DNA of 56,784 nucleotides from Ruthenibacterium sp. Its GTDB lineage: Bacteria; Bacillota; Clostridia; Oscillospirales; Ruminococcaceae. The notes under the pieces are model-generated. The model was not told the origin of the DNA. It made no database searches and worked only from the letters and a program-made list of their open reading frames with translations. The DNA is taken from assembly GCA_036635095.1 (NCBI GenBank), contig JAVWRA010000001.1:1-56784 (forward strand), in the 5' to 3' direction. Below, in pieces: positions 1 to 9,463 of this stretch. Position 1 is the stretch's first letter. Every line of letters begins with the position of its first letter. Made by a program: the position numbers and the translations under genes.

Positions 1-43
1 CTCCCTACCTTGCGTTGACAAAAGTCGAGTGATGCGCCCATGC

Positions 44-1063
44 TTAATAAATATCGCGCCCGACAACCTTGGCAATGGCGCGGCCCTTATCGATGGTCGC
101 CTTGAATTTATCGGGGCGCAAACTCTGTGCGCCGTCGCTCCACGCCTTTTCGGGTGTCTGATGCACCTCGATAATCAGCCCGTCTGCGCCGGCGGCAATG
201 GCGGCAAGCGACATGCTTTCCACATAGTGATAATTACCGGTGGCGTGGCTGGGGTCAATGATGATGGGCAGATGCGTTTTTTCTTTGATGATGGGAATGA
301 CGGATAAATCAAGCGTATTGCGGGTATATTTTTCAAAAGTTCGAATACCGCGCTCGCAAAAAATCACGTTTTCATTACCGCCTGCCATGATGTATTCCGC
401 CGACATAATCCATTCTTCTATCGTGTTTGCAAGACCGCGCTTGAGCAAAATCGGCTTTTTCATTTTGCCGACCGCTTTCAAAAGCTGAAAGTTTTGCATA
501 TTGCGCGCGCCGATTTGCACAAGGTCAACATAGTTTTCAAACTCGTCAATGCGCTCCTCGCTCATGAGTTCGCTCACAATCGGCAAGCCCGTTGCCTCCC
601 GCGCTTTCACCATATCAAGAATGCCCTCGGTGCCAAGTCCCTGAAACGCATAGGGTGATGTGCGCGGTTTATACGCGCCGCCGCGCAGCATACAGCCGCC
701 CGCTGCCTTGACTGCCGCCGCGATATCAAGCGTTTCCTGCGCACCTTCCACACTGCACGGCCCGCCGATGACGACGATTTTTTCACTGCCGCCGACGGGG
801 ATTCCGCGTACATCGATGATGGAATCTGCCTCGTGGAACAGACGATTTGCCTTTTTATACGGCTCTGAAACGCGTTGCACATTTGCCACATAGGGATTGG
901 CGCGCACCTGTTTTTCGTCAATTTGCGTGGTGTCGCCCACAAGACCGAACACGTTGTAATCCGTGCCGCGAATCATGGTGACCGATAACCCTTTTGCTTC
1001 AAATTCTTTGATAATTTTATCCAGTTCGGCGGCGGGTGTGCCGCGTTTTGTGCTGATAATCAT
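44..1063 (-). CDS. aroF: 3-deoxy-7-phosphoheptulonate (DAHP) synthase, class I-beta with N-terminal regulatory domain
   Basis: GPCSVE, RGGAYKPRTSPY, QIGARNMQN, CERGIRTF and DPSH motifs; last visible gene of the aro cluster. Confidence 0.95.
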   Translation of the reverse strand: MIISTKRGTPAAELDKIIKEFEAKGLSVTMIRGTDYNVFGLVGDTTQIDEKQVRANPYVANVQRVSEPYKKANRLFHEADSIIDVRGIPVGGSEKIVVIGGPCSVEGAQETLDIAAAVKAAGGCMLRGGAYKPRTSPYAFQGLGTEGILDMVKAREATGLPIVSELMSEERIDEFENYVDLVQIGARNMQNFQLLKAVGKMKKPILLKRGLANTIEEWIMSAEYIMAGGNENVIFCERGIRTFEKYTRNTLDLSVIPIIKEKTHLPIIIDPSHATGNYHYVESMSLAAIAAGADGLIIEVHQTPEKAWSDGAQSLRPDKFKATIDKGRAIAKVVGRDIY

Positions 1064-1088
1064 AAATTTTTCTCCATCTTCTTATAAA

Positions 1089-1526
1089 TTATACTTTTTG
1101 TATAAATTCGATGATGCTCTCCATTGCATGGACATATCCCTCACGTCCCTCGCCAATGAAATGCCACCGACAGGCAAGTCCCGCATAGCTGATTTGACGG
1201 AACGCTTCGCGCTTTGTGACATCGGAAAGATGCACCTCCGCCGCAGGCAAATTGACGGCTTTGAGCGCGTCTAAAATCGCCACGCTTGTATGGGTATAGG
1301 CGGCGGGATTGATGATAATGCCGTCTTGTTTTTGATAGGCCCCTTGAATGGCATCCACCAGCGCGCCCTCGTGATTTGATTGAAAAAACGTCAATGTAAC
1401 GTTTCTTTTTTCGGCTTCTTGCGTTAGATATTCCACCAGATTGTCATAGGTCATTGTGCCGTAGATGTCCGGCTCGCGAATGCCGAGAAAGTTGAGATTA
1501 GGTCCGTTCAAGACGAGCAATTTCAT
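1089..1526 (-). CDS. aroQ: type II 3-dehydroquinate dehydratase
   Basis: LNGPNLNFLGIREPDIYG, QSNHEG, INPAAYTHTS and EVHLS motifs; start overlaps the upstream gene; AAGGAGG SD. Confidence 0.95.
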   Translation of the reverse strand: MKLLVLNGPNLNFLGIREPDIYGTMTYDNLVEYLTQEAEKRNVTLTFFQSNHEGALVDAIQGAYQKQDGIIINPAAYTHTSVAILDALKAVNLPAAEVHLSDVTKREAFRQISYAGLACRWHFIGEGREGYVHAMESIIEFIQKV

Positions 1527-2757
1527 GGAATGCCTCCTTTATTTTTGCGGAAACTGCGGACAGGCTGCCGCTGTTTTCCACCGTACTGTCTGCGGCGGCG
1601 CGATAAAGCGGCAAGCGCTGCGCATATAATTTTTGTACGGCGTCTGCATTTTGCGAGAGCGGACGCGCACCGCCTGTCGCAAGCGTTTCCGGCGCACGGT
1701 CGATGAAAATAATGCTGCCGTTTTGACGTAAAAGACGCACATTGTCGTCGTTTTTCACAATTCCGCCGCCCGTTGAAATCACAAGACCCGTCTCTTTTGA
1801 AACCTCGGCGCAAACCGCATGTTCAAGCGCACGAAACGCGTCCTCGCCCTGTGAGGCGAATAATGCGGCAATCGTGCTGTTCGCGCGCGCTTCTACCGCA
1901 TCGTCCAAATCCACCCATTCTTTACAAAGCAGCGCGGCGCAGCGTTTGCCCAGGACGGATTTACCGCTGCCGGGCATACCAATCAGCACCAAATTTGCAC
2001 GTTGTATGCGTATTTCTGCCGCAATGCGACTGATTTCGCTATCCGGAAAGCTTGTGTTTAAAAAATATTCTGCGGCAAATTTCGCCTGCGCCACAAGCAT
2101 CAAAAGTCCATTTGCCGCCTTGACCCCGCGCTGCCGTGCCTGCCAAAGCAAGCGTGTTTCAAGCGGATTGTACACCGCGTCAAGCACCGCTTCAAGCAGC
2201 GGAAAACCGGATAAATCAAGCAGACATGCGCCGTTTTGCGGGTACATTCCGACGGGACTTGTGTTGACCACAATTTGAACATCGCGCCGTGCCGCCGCCT
2301 GTTCATACGTCAGCGTTGCGGCTGTTTTGGTGCGGCTTGCCCGTAAAATCTGCTTTGCACCGGCACTTTTTGCAGCGGCTTCCACTGTTTTTTGTGTGCC
2401 GCCCGTGCCTAAAATCAGCACGGTTTTGTCGGCGAGCGAAATTTGATTCGCCTGCACGAGATATAAAAAACCCGCAAAATCGGTGTTGTAGCCGTACAGG
2501 GTGCCGCCGCGGTTGACAACGGCGTTCACTGCGCCGATTTCTTTCGCTCTATCGTCAATAATATCGCAAAACGGCAAGACAAACTCTTTGTAGGGAATGG
2601 TGATGTTGATGGCTTTGAACTGCTTTTCGCACAGAAATGCAGCGACATCCGCCGTACTTGCAAGCGGGCATAAATCGTAGGTGTAATCTGTCAGCTTTTC
2701 ATGAATTTCTTTTGAAAAACTGTGTTTTAATTTTGCGCCAATCAGCCCATATTCCAT
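1498..2757 (-). CDS. aroE: bifunctional shikimate dehydrogenase / shikimate kinase (AroE-AroK fusion), 419 aa
   Basis: N-half LIG..HSFS, NITIPYK, GAVN, NTD, GTGG; C-half P-loop GMPGSGKS, DLD, GEDAFR, STGGG. Start moved to ATG 2757 behind a GGAGG SD. Confidence 0.92.
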   Translation of the reverse strand: MEYGLIGAKLKHSFSKEIHEKLTDYTYDLCPLASTADVAAFLCEKQFKAINITIPYKEFVLPFCDIIDDRAKEIGAVNAVVNRGGTLYGYNTDFAGFLYLVQANQISLADKTVLILGTGGTQKTVEAAAKSAGAKQILRASRTKTAATLTYEQAAARRDVQIVVNTSPVGMYPQNGACLLDLSGFPLLEAVLDAVYNPLETRLLWQARQRGVKAANGLLMLVAQAKFAAEYFLNTSFPDSEISRIAAEIRIQRANLVLIGMPGSGKSVLGKRCAALLCKEWVDLDDAVEARANSTIAALFASQGEDAFRALEHAVCAEVSKETGLVISTGGGIVKNDDNVRLLRQNGSIIFIDRAPETLATGGARPLSQNADAVQKLYAQRLPLYRAAADSTVENSGSLSAVSAKIKEAFHEIARLERT

Positions 2758-3863
2758 GCGCCTGCCTCCTGCCATGCCGTGCCGCGCGCCATACTGCACA
2801 AATCTGCCACGCCAAGAGCGCACAGGCTGTCCTGCACCACACGCGCACGGTGAACGATGCACGGGTCGTGCCGCCCGCTGATTTGCAGCGCCGCGTTTTG
2901 CTTTGTTTCGAAATCGACCGTGTTCTGCATTTGGTAAATGCTCGGCGTCGGTTTGACGACGGTGCGCAAGAGAATCGGCATTCCGTTTGTAATGCCACCG
3001 TTGATGCCGCCGTTGCGGTTGGTGGCGGTCACGATTTTTCCGCCGCGCATGCGAAACGCATCGTTTGCACTGCTGCCGCGCAGCGATGCAAAACCGAAAC
3101 CGTCGCCAAATTCCACGCCTTTGACTGCCGGCATACTGAACAAAAGTTCCGAAAGCACACTTTCCACACTCGTGAAAAACGGTTCGCCAAAGCCTGCCGG
3201 TAAGCCGAGAATCACGGTTTCAAGAATGCCGCCCACCGAATCGCCCTCTGCTGCCGCCGCTGTGATTGCCGCCGTCATCGCCTGTGCTTTTTCACTGTCG
3301 AGAACGGCGAAATCCATGCCGTTCAGCGCGTCTGCCTGCGCTTTCAGCGCGTCTGCATCTGCCGAAAAAGCGGCGTCTGTCACGCCGGCACACTGCAAAA
3401 GATGCGTGGCAATTGTCACGCCTTTGGACGCGAGTAATTTTGTGAAAATGCTGCCTGCCGCAACGAGAGGGGCGGTCAGCCGTCCGCTGAAATGCCCGCC
3501 GCCGCGCGCGTCTTGAAACCCGTGATATTTTGCGTATGCGGTGTAATCCGCATGACCCGGGCGCAGCAGACCGCTTGTTTTTGCGTAATCCTCGCTGTGC
3601 GCCGCGGTGTTTGCGATTTGCAGCGTCAGCGCCGTTCCTGTGGCAACACCATGCAGCGCACCGGAAAGAATTTCCACTTTGTCGGCTTCTGTGCGTGCCG
3701 TGGAAATAGCGCCTTTTGCGCGCCGCTTTTCCATTTGTGATGCCATAAAATCAGTATCAACCGCCACGCCTGCCGCAAGACCGCTCACTACAGCGCCGAC
3801 TGCCGCGCCGTGGCTTTCGCCAAACAGAGTCAATGTAATGGCGTGTCCGTATGTATCTCTCAT
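2742..3863 (-). CDS. aroC: chorismate synthase
   Basis: FGESHG, RPGHAD, RGGGHFSGR, GGINGGI, KPTPS and GRHDPC motifs; ATG 3863 overlaps the aroB stop (ATGA). Confidence 0.95.
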   Translation of the reverse strand: MRDTYGHAITLTLFGESHGAAVGAVVSGLAAGVAVDTDFMASQMEKRRAKGAISTARTEADKVEILSGALHGVATGTALTLQIANTAAHSEDYAKTSGLLRPGHADYTAYAKYHGFQDARGGGHFSGRLTAPLVAAGSIFTKLLASKGVTIATHLLQCAGVTDAAFSADADALKAQADALNGMDFAVLDSEKAQAMTAAITAAAAEGDSVGGILETVILGLPAGFGEPFFTSVESVLSELLFSMPAVKGVEFGDGFGFASLRGSSANDAFRMRGGKIVTATNRNGGINGGITNGMPILLRTVVKPTPSIYQMQNTVDFETKQNAALQISGRHDPCIVHRARVVQDSLCALGVADLCSMARGTAWQEAGAWNMG

Positions 3864-4873
3864 CGAATGCCCTCCTTGACAATGGCGCGCAAAGACGCCA
3901 GCGGCACGGTTTCGAGCCGACATTCTCCCGCTTTTTTCACCTTGACAAGCGTGATGGTATCGCCACTTGCCTTTTTGTCATGCGTTATCAATTCAAAAAT
4001 TGCATCCCCGTCGTATTTGACGCTGCACGGCAGACCGAGTTTTTGATATACCTCGCGTGTGCGGCGGCGCAGTGCCGGCGTTTCAATCATCGGCAGCATG
4101 CCGAGCGCCACGCATTCGCCATGGTATAAACCGCCCAAATGACAGTAGCTTTCCACGGCATGACCCAGTGTATGACCGAAATTCAGCACTGCCCGCAAAC
4201 CGGTTTCACGCTCATCTTGTTCTACAATATTTTTTTTCACAACCAAGCTGCGGTAGATGATTTCCTCCAGATTTTCGTGGATTTCGCCCTCTTCAAACAG
4301 CGTAAATAAATCCTCGTCCGCAAGCAGACCGGACTTGACCGCCTCGGCAAGGCCCGCCGCAAAATGGCGCGGCGTGAGCGTTTTGAGCGTTGCGATGTCT
4401 GCCACCACAAGGCTTGGCTGATAAAATGCGCCGACGACGTTTTTGGTGCCGCACAAATTGACCGCCACCTTGCCGCCGATGGAGGAATCCACCTGTGCAA
4501 GCGTTGTGGTGGGACAATTGATAAACGCGATGCCACGCATATAACTTGCCGCGACAAACCCCGCCAAATCACCCACAACACCGCCGCCTACCGCGACAAC
4601 CGCATCATTTCTGCCAAAGTGATGCTCTAAAAGCTGTTGTGAAAGCGACTCGAAACAGGCGATGCTTTTGCTTGCTTCGCCCTGCGGCACCACCGCCAAA
4701 AATCCCTCGCCGCACTGTTGCAACACGGTTTCGGCATAGGCTTTCGGCACGCCGCTGTCCGTCACCACCAAAACCTTGCGGTTCAGATTGACCAGTTGCG
4801 ACACGCGGCGCAATGCGCCGGATTTTACAATGATATCATAGCTGCGCTCGTTGAGCCGCATTGTTAATTTCAT
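3860..4873 (-). CDS. aroB: 3-dehydroquinate synthase
   Basis: GEASKS, GGGVVGDLAGF, PTTTLAQVDSSIGGK, LNFGHT and HGE motifs. Confidence 0.96.
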   Translation of the reverse strand: MKLTMRLNERSYDIIVKSGALRRVSQLVNLNRKVLVVTDSGVPKAYAETVLQQCGEGFLAVVPQGEASKSIACFESLSQQLLEHHFGRNDAVVAVGGGVVGDLAGFVAASYMRGIAFINCPTTTLAQVDSSIGGKVAVNLCGTKNVVGAFYQPSLVVADIATLKTLTPRHFAAGLAEAVKSGLLADEDLFTLFEEGEIHENLEEIIYRSLVVKKNIVEQDERETGLRAVLNFGHTLGHAVESYCHLGGLYHGECVALGMLPMIETPALRRRTREVYQKLGLPCSVKYDGDAIFELITHDKKASGDTITLVKVKKAGECRLETVPLASLRAIVKEGIR

Positions 4874-5961
4874 ACTGTTTTCTCCTTCGCTGTCCGGTTA
4901 TAAACGCCCAAAACGCGCACACTTCTGCACACCGTTTGCAGCGCCGCAAGCAAGGCGTCTGCGCCGCTCACATCGCCCACAAGTTCGGTGTAAAAATAAT
5001 ATTCCCACGAGACCTGCGGCATCGGTCGGCTTTTGATACATTCCATATTGTAGCCTTTTGCACCGATGATTTGAATGACACGCGCCAGACTGCCGGCGGT
5101 ATGCTCCACCGTAAACAGCAAGCAAAACCGGTTGCCGATGACGGGCAGCTCTTTGCCGATGACGATAAAACGCGTGGTGTTGTCGGCACTTTCGTTGATG
5201 TCCTGCGCCAAAACGGACAAGCCGTATAAATCGGCGGTTTCCTTTGCAGCAATCGCGGCGATGCTTTTATCGCCTGTTTGCGCCACAAATTGTGCGGCGG
5301 CTGCCGTGTTGGGATATTCTTTTTGCGTGACGTTGAGATTTTTCAAAAAACGCGCCGATTGTTGCAGCGCCTGCGGGTGCGACAGCACCGTTTTGATGTC
5401 GGCAAGACACGCGCCCGGCACACAAAGCAGGTTCTGCGTTACGGCAAGATCGTACACCTGCGTGACGCAAACCGCCGCATGTGCAAAGCACAAGTCAAGC
5501 ACTTCCGCCACATCACCCGCGTGGCTGTTTTCAAACGGCAGCACACCATACGCGGCGACGTCACTTTCCACGGCATCAAACACCTCCGAAAACTGCGCAA
5601 ACGACTTTGCCGCGGCATACGGAAACAATGCCTTCAGTGCAATGAAGCTGAATGCGCCCGGCACACCTTGATAAGCAACACTGTCTGCGCCGCGCAATTT
5701 TGCCTGCCATGCGCGCGAAAGCGCCATGTTGTGGCGGATGAAATCTTCATAATACAGACGTAAATCAGCGGCATTTTCCGGTAAAAGCGCAAGATTTTTT
5801 TGCACCACGGCTTCCTCGCGCGCGGCATCTAAAATCGGCAGACCATGCTCTTTTTTGTACGCAAGCACGGTGCGCACCGCCTCCATACGCGCAACGAAAA
5901 GCGCTGTCATTTGTTTGTCTGCGGCGTCAATTTCCGCGCGCGCAGCAGATAGAGTATCCAT
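4870..5961 (-). CDS. pheA: chorismate mutase / prephenate dehydratase (P-protein)
   Basis: N-terminal AroQ-type mutase (R..ID..D...R...K..REE), then GVPGAFS, PFENS, SHPQALQQ, NTTRF and ACT-like IKSRP. Confidence 0.93.
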   Translation of the reverse strand: MDTLSAARAEIDAADKQMTALFVARMEAVRTVLAYKKEHGLPILDAAREEAVVQKNLALLPENAADLRLYYEDFIRHNMALSRAWQAKLRGADSVAYQGVPGAFSFIALKALFPYAAAKSFAQFSEVFDAVESDVAAYGVLPFENSHAGDVAEVLDLCFAHAAVCVTQVYDLAVTQNLLCVPGACLADIKTVLSHPQALQQSARFLKNLNVTQKEYPNTAAAAQFVAQTGDKSIAAIAAKETADLYGLSVLAQDINESADNTTRFIVIGKELPVIGNRFCLLFTVEHTAGSLARVIQIIGAKGYNMECIKSRPMPQVSWEYYFYTELVGDVSGADALLAALQTVCRSVRVLGVYNRTAKEKTV

Positions 5962-5993
5962 ACACGATTCCTCCTGCTTTTTGTTCTTGTCTC

Positions 5994-6002
5994 AGTATAG
6001 CA
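5994..6002 (-). promoter_or_regulatory. extended -10 promoter (TGCTATACT) of the pheA-aro operon
   Basis: TGnTATACT about 30 nt upstream of the pheA ATG; no good -35. Confidence 0.55.
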
Positions 6003-6037
6003 TATTTTTGCGTGTTTTCGGCATCCTTTTTACAGTT

Positions 6038-6259
6038 TTACCCCTTTGCAAGCGGCGTGAAGCGCAGCACCTGTTTGCCTGCAACTGTCACCGTTTCATT
6101 CCACATGCACGCCGGACGTACCCATATGCCATGTTCGCCATATAACGCACGATACACCACCATTTCTTCCAATGTTTCACTGTGGCGCGCCATGTACAAA
6201 ACCTCATATTCTCCGCCCTTGAAATGGCGATAAAGTCCGGGTTTGATGTCATATTTCAT
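6038..6259 (-). CDS. DUF1653 domain protein
   Basis: GLYRHFKGGEYEV..ARHSET.EEMVVY.ALYG...WVRP signature; second ATG chosen from SD spacing. Confidence 0.88.
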   Translation of the reverse strand: MKYDIKPGLYRHFKGGEYEVLYMARHSETLEEMVVYRALYGEHGIWVRPACMWNETVTVAGKQVLRFTPLAKG

Positions 6260-6304
6260 TTTTTTCATCCTTTTCGCTTTGATAAACGCGATAGTTCATG
6301 CAAA

Positions 6305-6337
6305 AGTATAGCACAATTTCACTTTTTGTGCTATACT
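6305..6337. promoter_or_regulatory. perfect 12-bp inverted repeat forming two interdigitated divergent promoters; CIRCE-like core
   Basis: AGTATAGCACAA-N9-TTGTGCTATACT; each strand reads TAGCAC-17-TATACT with a TG extension. Confidence 0.65.
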
Positions 6338-6362
6338 AAAAGCTTATAAAGGGGGTGCTGTC

Positions 6363-7631
6363 TTGTCGCGTTCTCTGCGCGTTGTTTTATGGATACTGAT
6401 GGTGCTTTTACTCATTGTTGCCCTGCTTGGCGGCACACTGTATTATGCTTATTCTACCACAGATGCAACGGATTTTGATACACCTGCCGTCAGCCTTTGT
6501 GAGACTGCACTGACGCCCTCTGCCGTAAACTGGCATGCGCCGGTTCTCGGCGGCGTTTTGTATACAGAAGCTTCCATGGATATGGACAAAGCTGCCGAAA
6601 TTCCGGTGTTTGAAACCGCCGAAATTTCTCTTGTGCTGCCTGAGGGGTACACCTGCAATTATCAAGTGACAAAAGACGGTGCCGAAATTGCGTCCGGCAA
6701 CAAAACGGGCGAAACATCGATTTCTTTTACCGCAAACGGCACGTATCATTTGGCGCTCACCCTGCAAAAGCCGCACGAGGATGGCAAGGCATACGGCGCT
6801 TTTACCTATGCAGATGATTTCACCATACAGGTAAAACCGAAAATTACTTTTTCAACCGCAAAAATTGACCAAGGCGGCGTTGTTGCCGTTGAAGTGAGCG
6901 GTGTTTTGGACGGCAGCATTGCCACGATTGAAACCGAACTCAGCCTTGCAAAATTCACACAGATTGATGACCGACAAATGGCGTATATCGGCATCGCCTA
7001 TAACCGTGAACCGGGAGATTATCCCATCACCGTCACATGCGGCGAGCTGAGCGAAACGCAAACAATCACCGTGGTACACAAGACGTTTACACGGCAGGAT
7101 ATGACGATTGACACCGACGTTTCAGACGATACCATGAACAATCCGAATGGCGGACCCGAATGGCGAAGCGTGATTTGGCCGCTGTTTTTGACGGCGGACG
7201 ACACCACGTACTGGTCCGGAAAATTCATCAGTCCGATTGAGGGCGGCATCAATACGGAATATGGTTTATTCCGCTACACCAACGGCTCAAAACAAGCCGA
7301 GCGGCATCCCGGCATTGACCTTGACGGCAATGAGGGCGACCCCATCAAGGCGCCGAACAACGGACGCGTTGTGTATGCCGGCACCTTAATTTTCACGGGA
7401 AATACCATTGTAATTGAGCATGGAAACGGGCTGAAAAGCTATCTTTTCCACATGAGCCGCCTAGATGTGAGCGAGGGCGACATGGTGACAACCGGACAAA
7501 TCATCGGCGCTGTGGGCAGCACGGGTTATTCCACAGGCGCACATCTGCATTATGAAGTGAGAATCGGCAACCAAAGCATCAATCCGATGGATTTATTCAG
7601 CGGAAAATCCGGATTGTATTTCGTTGCATAG
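6363..7631 (+). CDS. membrane-anchored M23 family metallopeptidase
   Basis: N-terminal TM helix; C-terminal HPGID (HxxxD), GNTIVIEHG and GYSTGAHLHYE (HxH); TTG start with GGGGG SD. Confidence 0.9.
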   Translation: MSRSLRVVLWILMVLLLIVALLGGTLYYAYSTTDATDFDTPAVSLCETALTPSAVNWHAPVLGGVLYTEASMDMDKAAEIPVFETAEISLVLPEGYTCNYQVTKDGAEIASGNKTGETSISFTANGTYHLALTLQKPHEDGKAYGAFTYADDFTIQVKPKITFSTAKIDQGGVVAVEVSGVLDGSIATIETELSLAKFTQIDDRQMAYIGIAYNREPGDYPITVTCGELSETQTITVVHKTFTRQDMTIDTDVSDDTMNNPNGGPEWRSVIWPLFLTADDTTYWSGKFISPIEGGINTEYGLFRYTNGSKQAERHPGIDLDGNEGDPIKAPNNGRVVYAGTLIFTGNTIVIEHGNGLKSYLFHMSRLDVSEGDMVTTGQIIGAVGSTGYSTGAHLHYEVRIGNQSINPMDLFSGKSGLYFVA

Positions 7632-7666
7632 CCTATAAAAATAACGACAGAAACGGAGGCAAAACC

Positions 7667-9412
7667 ATGCAGGAAGCACCTGAAAATGACGCAAACGAAG
7701 AAAACAAAGCTGCCGAATCGGACGTTTTGCTTTCAGAAACTGTAACAGAAACACCCGCGCCTGCCAAAGAATTTGTGGCGGCGCAAAAACAAACAAGCAA
7801 ACAGAAAAGCAAAAACCTCATCAAAACGTTTGCTTTTAAGATGCAGCGCGGTGCAAATGACGCCGCCGCACACACGGCAAACCAAAATATCGATCAAATT
7901 CCGCCGCGCATTCTGCTCAACGCAATCGGTCAGCTCTTTTACCGTGTCGGACTGCAAAGCGAGTATTTATTTGTGCGAATCTGGCGCACGGTGCGGCGTA
8001 TCTGCCATATTTTTGCACAGGGTGTTTTGTTGCTGCTGCACATGCTGATTCATCCGATTGTTCGCTTTTTCCGCGAATTGTGGAATGATTTGGCAGAGCC
8101 GTTTGTACGCTTTTTCACCGGATTCGGACATCTTTTCAGCACCATGCGGCAGGCGAAAAAACAAGGCGACAAGGCGTCCGGTGCCGGACTGCACTATCTT
8201 GCAAACGGCATCAAAACCTATCGCCATCTGTTTCTGTCGGCGGCAAGTTATCTGCTGCCGCTATCGGCGGCGGCGCTGTTTTTAATCACAATGCACACTG
8301 TACTCAGCTCTGATTATTCGCTTAAAGTGGAATATAAAGACCAATTGATTGGCTTTGTGGAGAATGAAAACGTTTGGGAAAACGCACAAAAATTGATTCG
8401 CAGCCGCATTAAGGCGGCAGATTCGCAAGAAGAATGGAACATCTCTCCCACGTTCGGCATCACTGCCGTTGACGCTGCTGCGCGCAGCACTTCTTCCAAT
8501 CTTGCCGATACCATTGTGGCGATGTCGCCCGAAAAAGTGCAGCAAGCAACCGGTCTTTATGTGAACGACGTCTTGGTGGGCGTGTGTACGCAGAGCAAAG
8601 AATTGCAGAATATGATTGACAATGCACTGGATACCGCCATGGCGCAAACGCCGGACGCGCGCGCGGAATTTGTGCAGCATATTGACCTTGTTGCGGGACT
8701 GTATTTCACAAATTCGCTCACGGATTTTGCCACCATCCAGAACATCTTACAGACAAATCAATGGCTGAAAGTGAAAACCATCCTCAACCAAACCTATGAA
8801 GAAGAACTTGCCTATCAAACGATTGAAACCGAGACGGATAAATTCTATAAAGGCATTCAAAAGGTGGAGCAAAAGGGTGTCAACGGACGCAAACGCGTCA
8901 ATGCAGATATTGTTTATATCGACGGTTTAGAGGTGGAACGCCGTATTTTGACGGAAGAACCGCTTGAAACCGCAGTGGATAAAATCGTACTGGTCGGCAC
9001 AAAAGAGCTGCCCATCGCTGTGGGAAACAGCGGACAGGTCGGCAGTGGCGCACTGTCGTTTCCTGTGCCGGGTTACAGCTATATCACCACACGCTTCGGG
9101 CAAGGCGGACATCGCGGCGTTGACATCTGCGCGCCGTATGGCACACCGATTTATGCCTGTGATGCCGGCACCGTGGTGGAAGCCGGCCCGCATTACAGTT
9201 GGGGCAATTATGTGAAAATAGACCACGGAAACGGCATGTCTACGCTCTATGCGCACTGCTCGTCTCTGCTTGTCGGCGCAGGACAAAGCGTTGCGCGCGG
9301 ACAGGCAATCGGAACGGTCGGCGCTACGGGTACTGCGTCCGGCAATCACTGCCATCTGGAGCTGTATCTCGGCGGCGGTTTGACAGACCCGATGAATTAT
9401 ATTTCCGGCTAG
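7667..9412 (+). CDS. membrane protein with G5 and M23 peptidase domains
   Basis: hydrophobic segments in the N-third; G5-like QKGVNG..IVYIDG..V..I..E..VDKIVLVGTK; HRGVD and HCHLE zinc motifs. Confidence 0.88.
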   Translation: MQEAPENDANEENKAAESDVLLSETVTETPAPAKEFVAAQKQTSKQKSKNLIKTFAFKMQRGANDAAAHTANQNIDQIPPRILLNAIGQLFYRVGLQSEYLFVRIWRTVRRICHIFAQGVLLLLHMLIHPIVRFFRELWNDLAEPFVRFFTGFGHLFSTMRQAKKQGDKASGAGLHYLANGIKTYRHLFLSAASYLLPLSAAALFLITMHTVLSSDYSLKVEYKDQLIGFVENENVWENAQKLIRSRIKAADSQEEWNISPTFGITAVDAAARSTSSNLADTIVAMSPEKVQQATGLYVNDVLVGVCTQSKELQNMIDNALDTAMAQTPDARAEFVQHIDLVAGLYFTNSLTDFATIQNILQTNQWLKVKTILNQTYEEELAYQTIETETDKFYKGIQKVEQKGVNGRKRVNADIVYIDGLEVERRILTEEPLETAVDKIVLVGTKELPIAVGNSGQVGSGALSFPVPGYSYITTRFGQGGHRGVDICAPYGTPIYACDAGTVVEAGPHYSWGNYVKIDHGNGMSTLYAHCSSLLVGAGQSVARGQAIGTVGATGTASGNHCHLELYLGGGLTDPMNYISG

Positions 9413-9426
9413 AACCGGTATCAAAA

Positions 9427-9458
9427 CATTGTCCCGAACAAAATTGTTCGGGACAATG
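9427..9458. terminator. intrinsic terminator hairpin between the convergent M23 and MATE genes
   Basis: CATTGTCCCGAACAA / TTGTTCGGGACAATG perfect arms; T-run on the minus strand. Confidence 0.8.
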
Positions 9459-9463
9459 CAAAT

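Noticed and set aside
9436-9449. GAAC-AAAATT-GTTC resembling a Firmicute LexA box
   Set aside because: Spacer is 6 nt rather than 4, and it is the core of a terminator between convergent genes.
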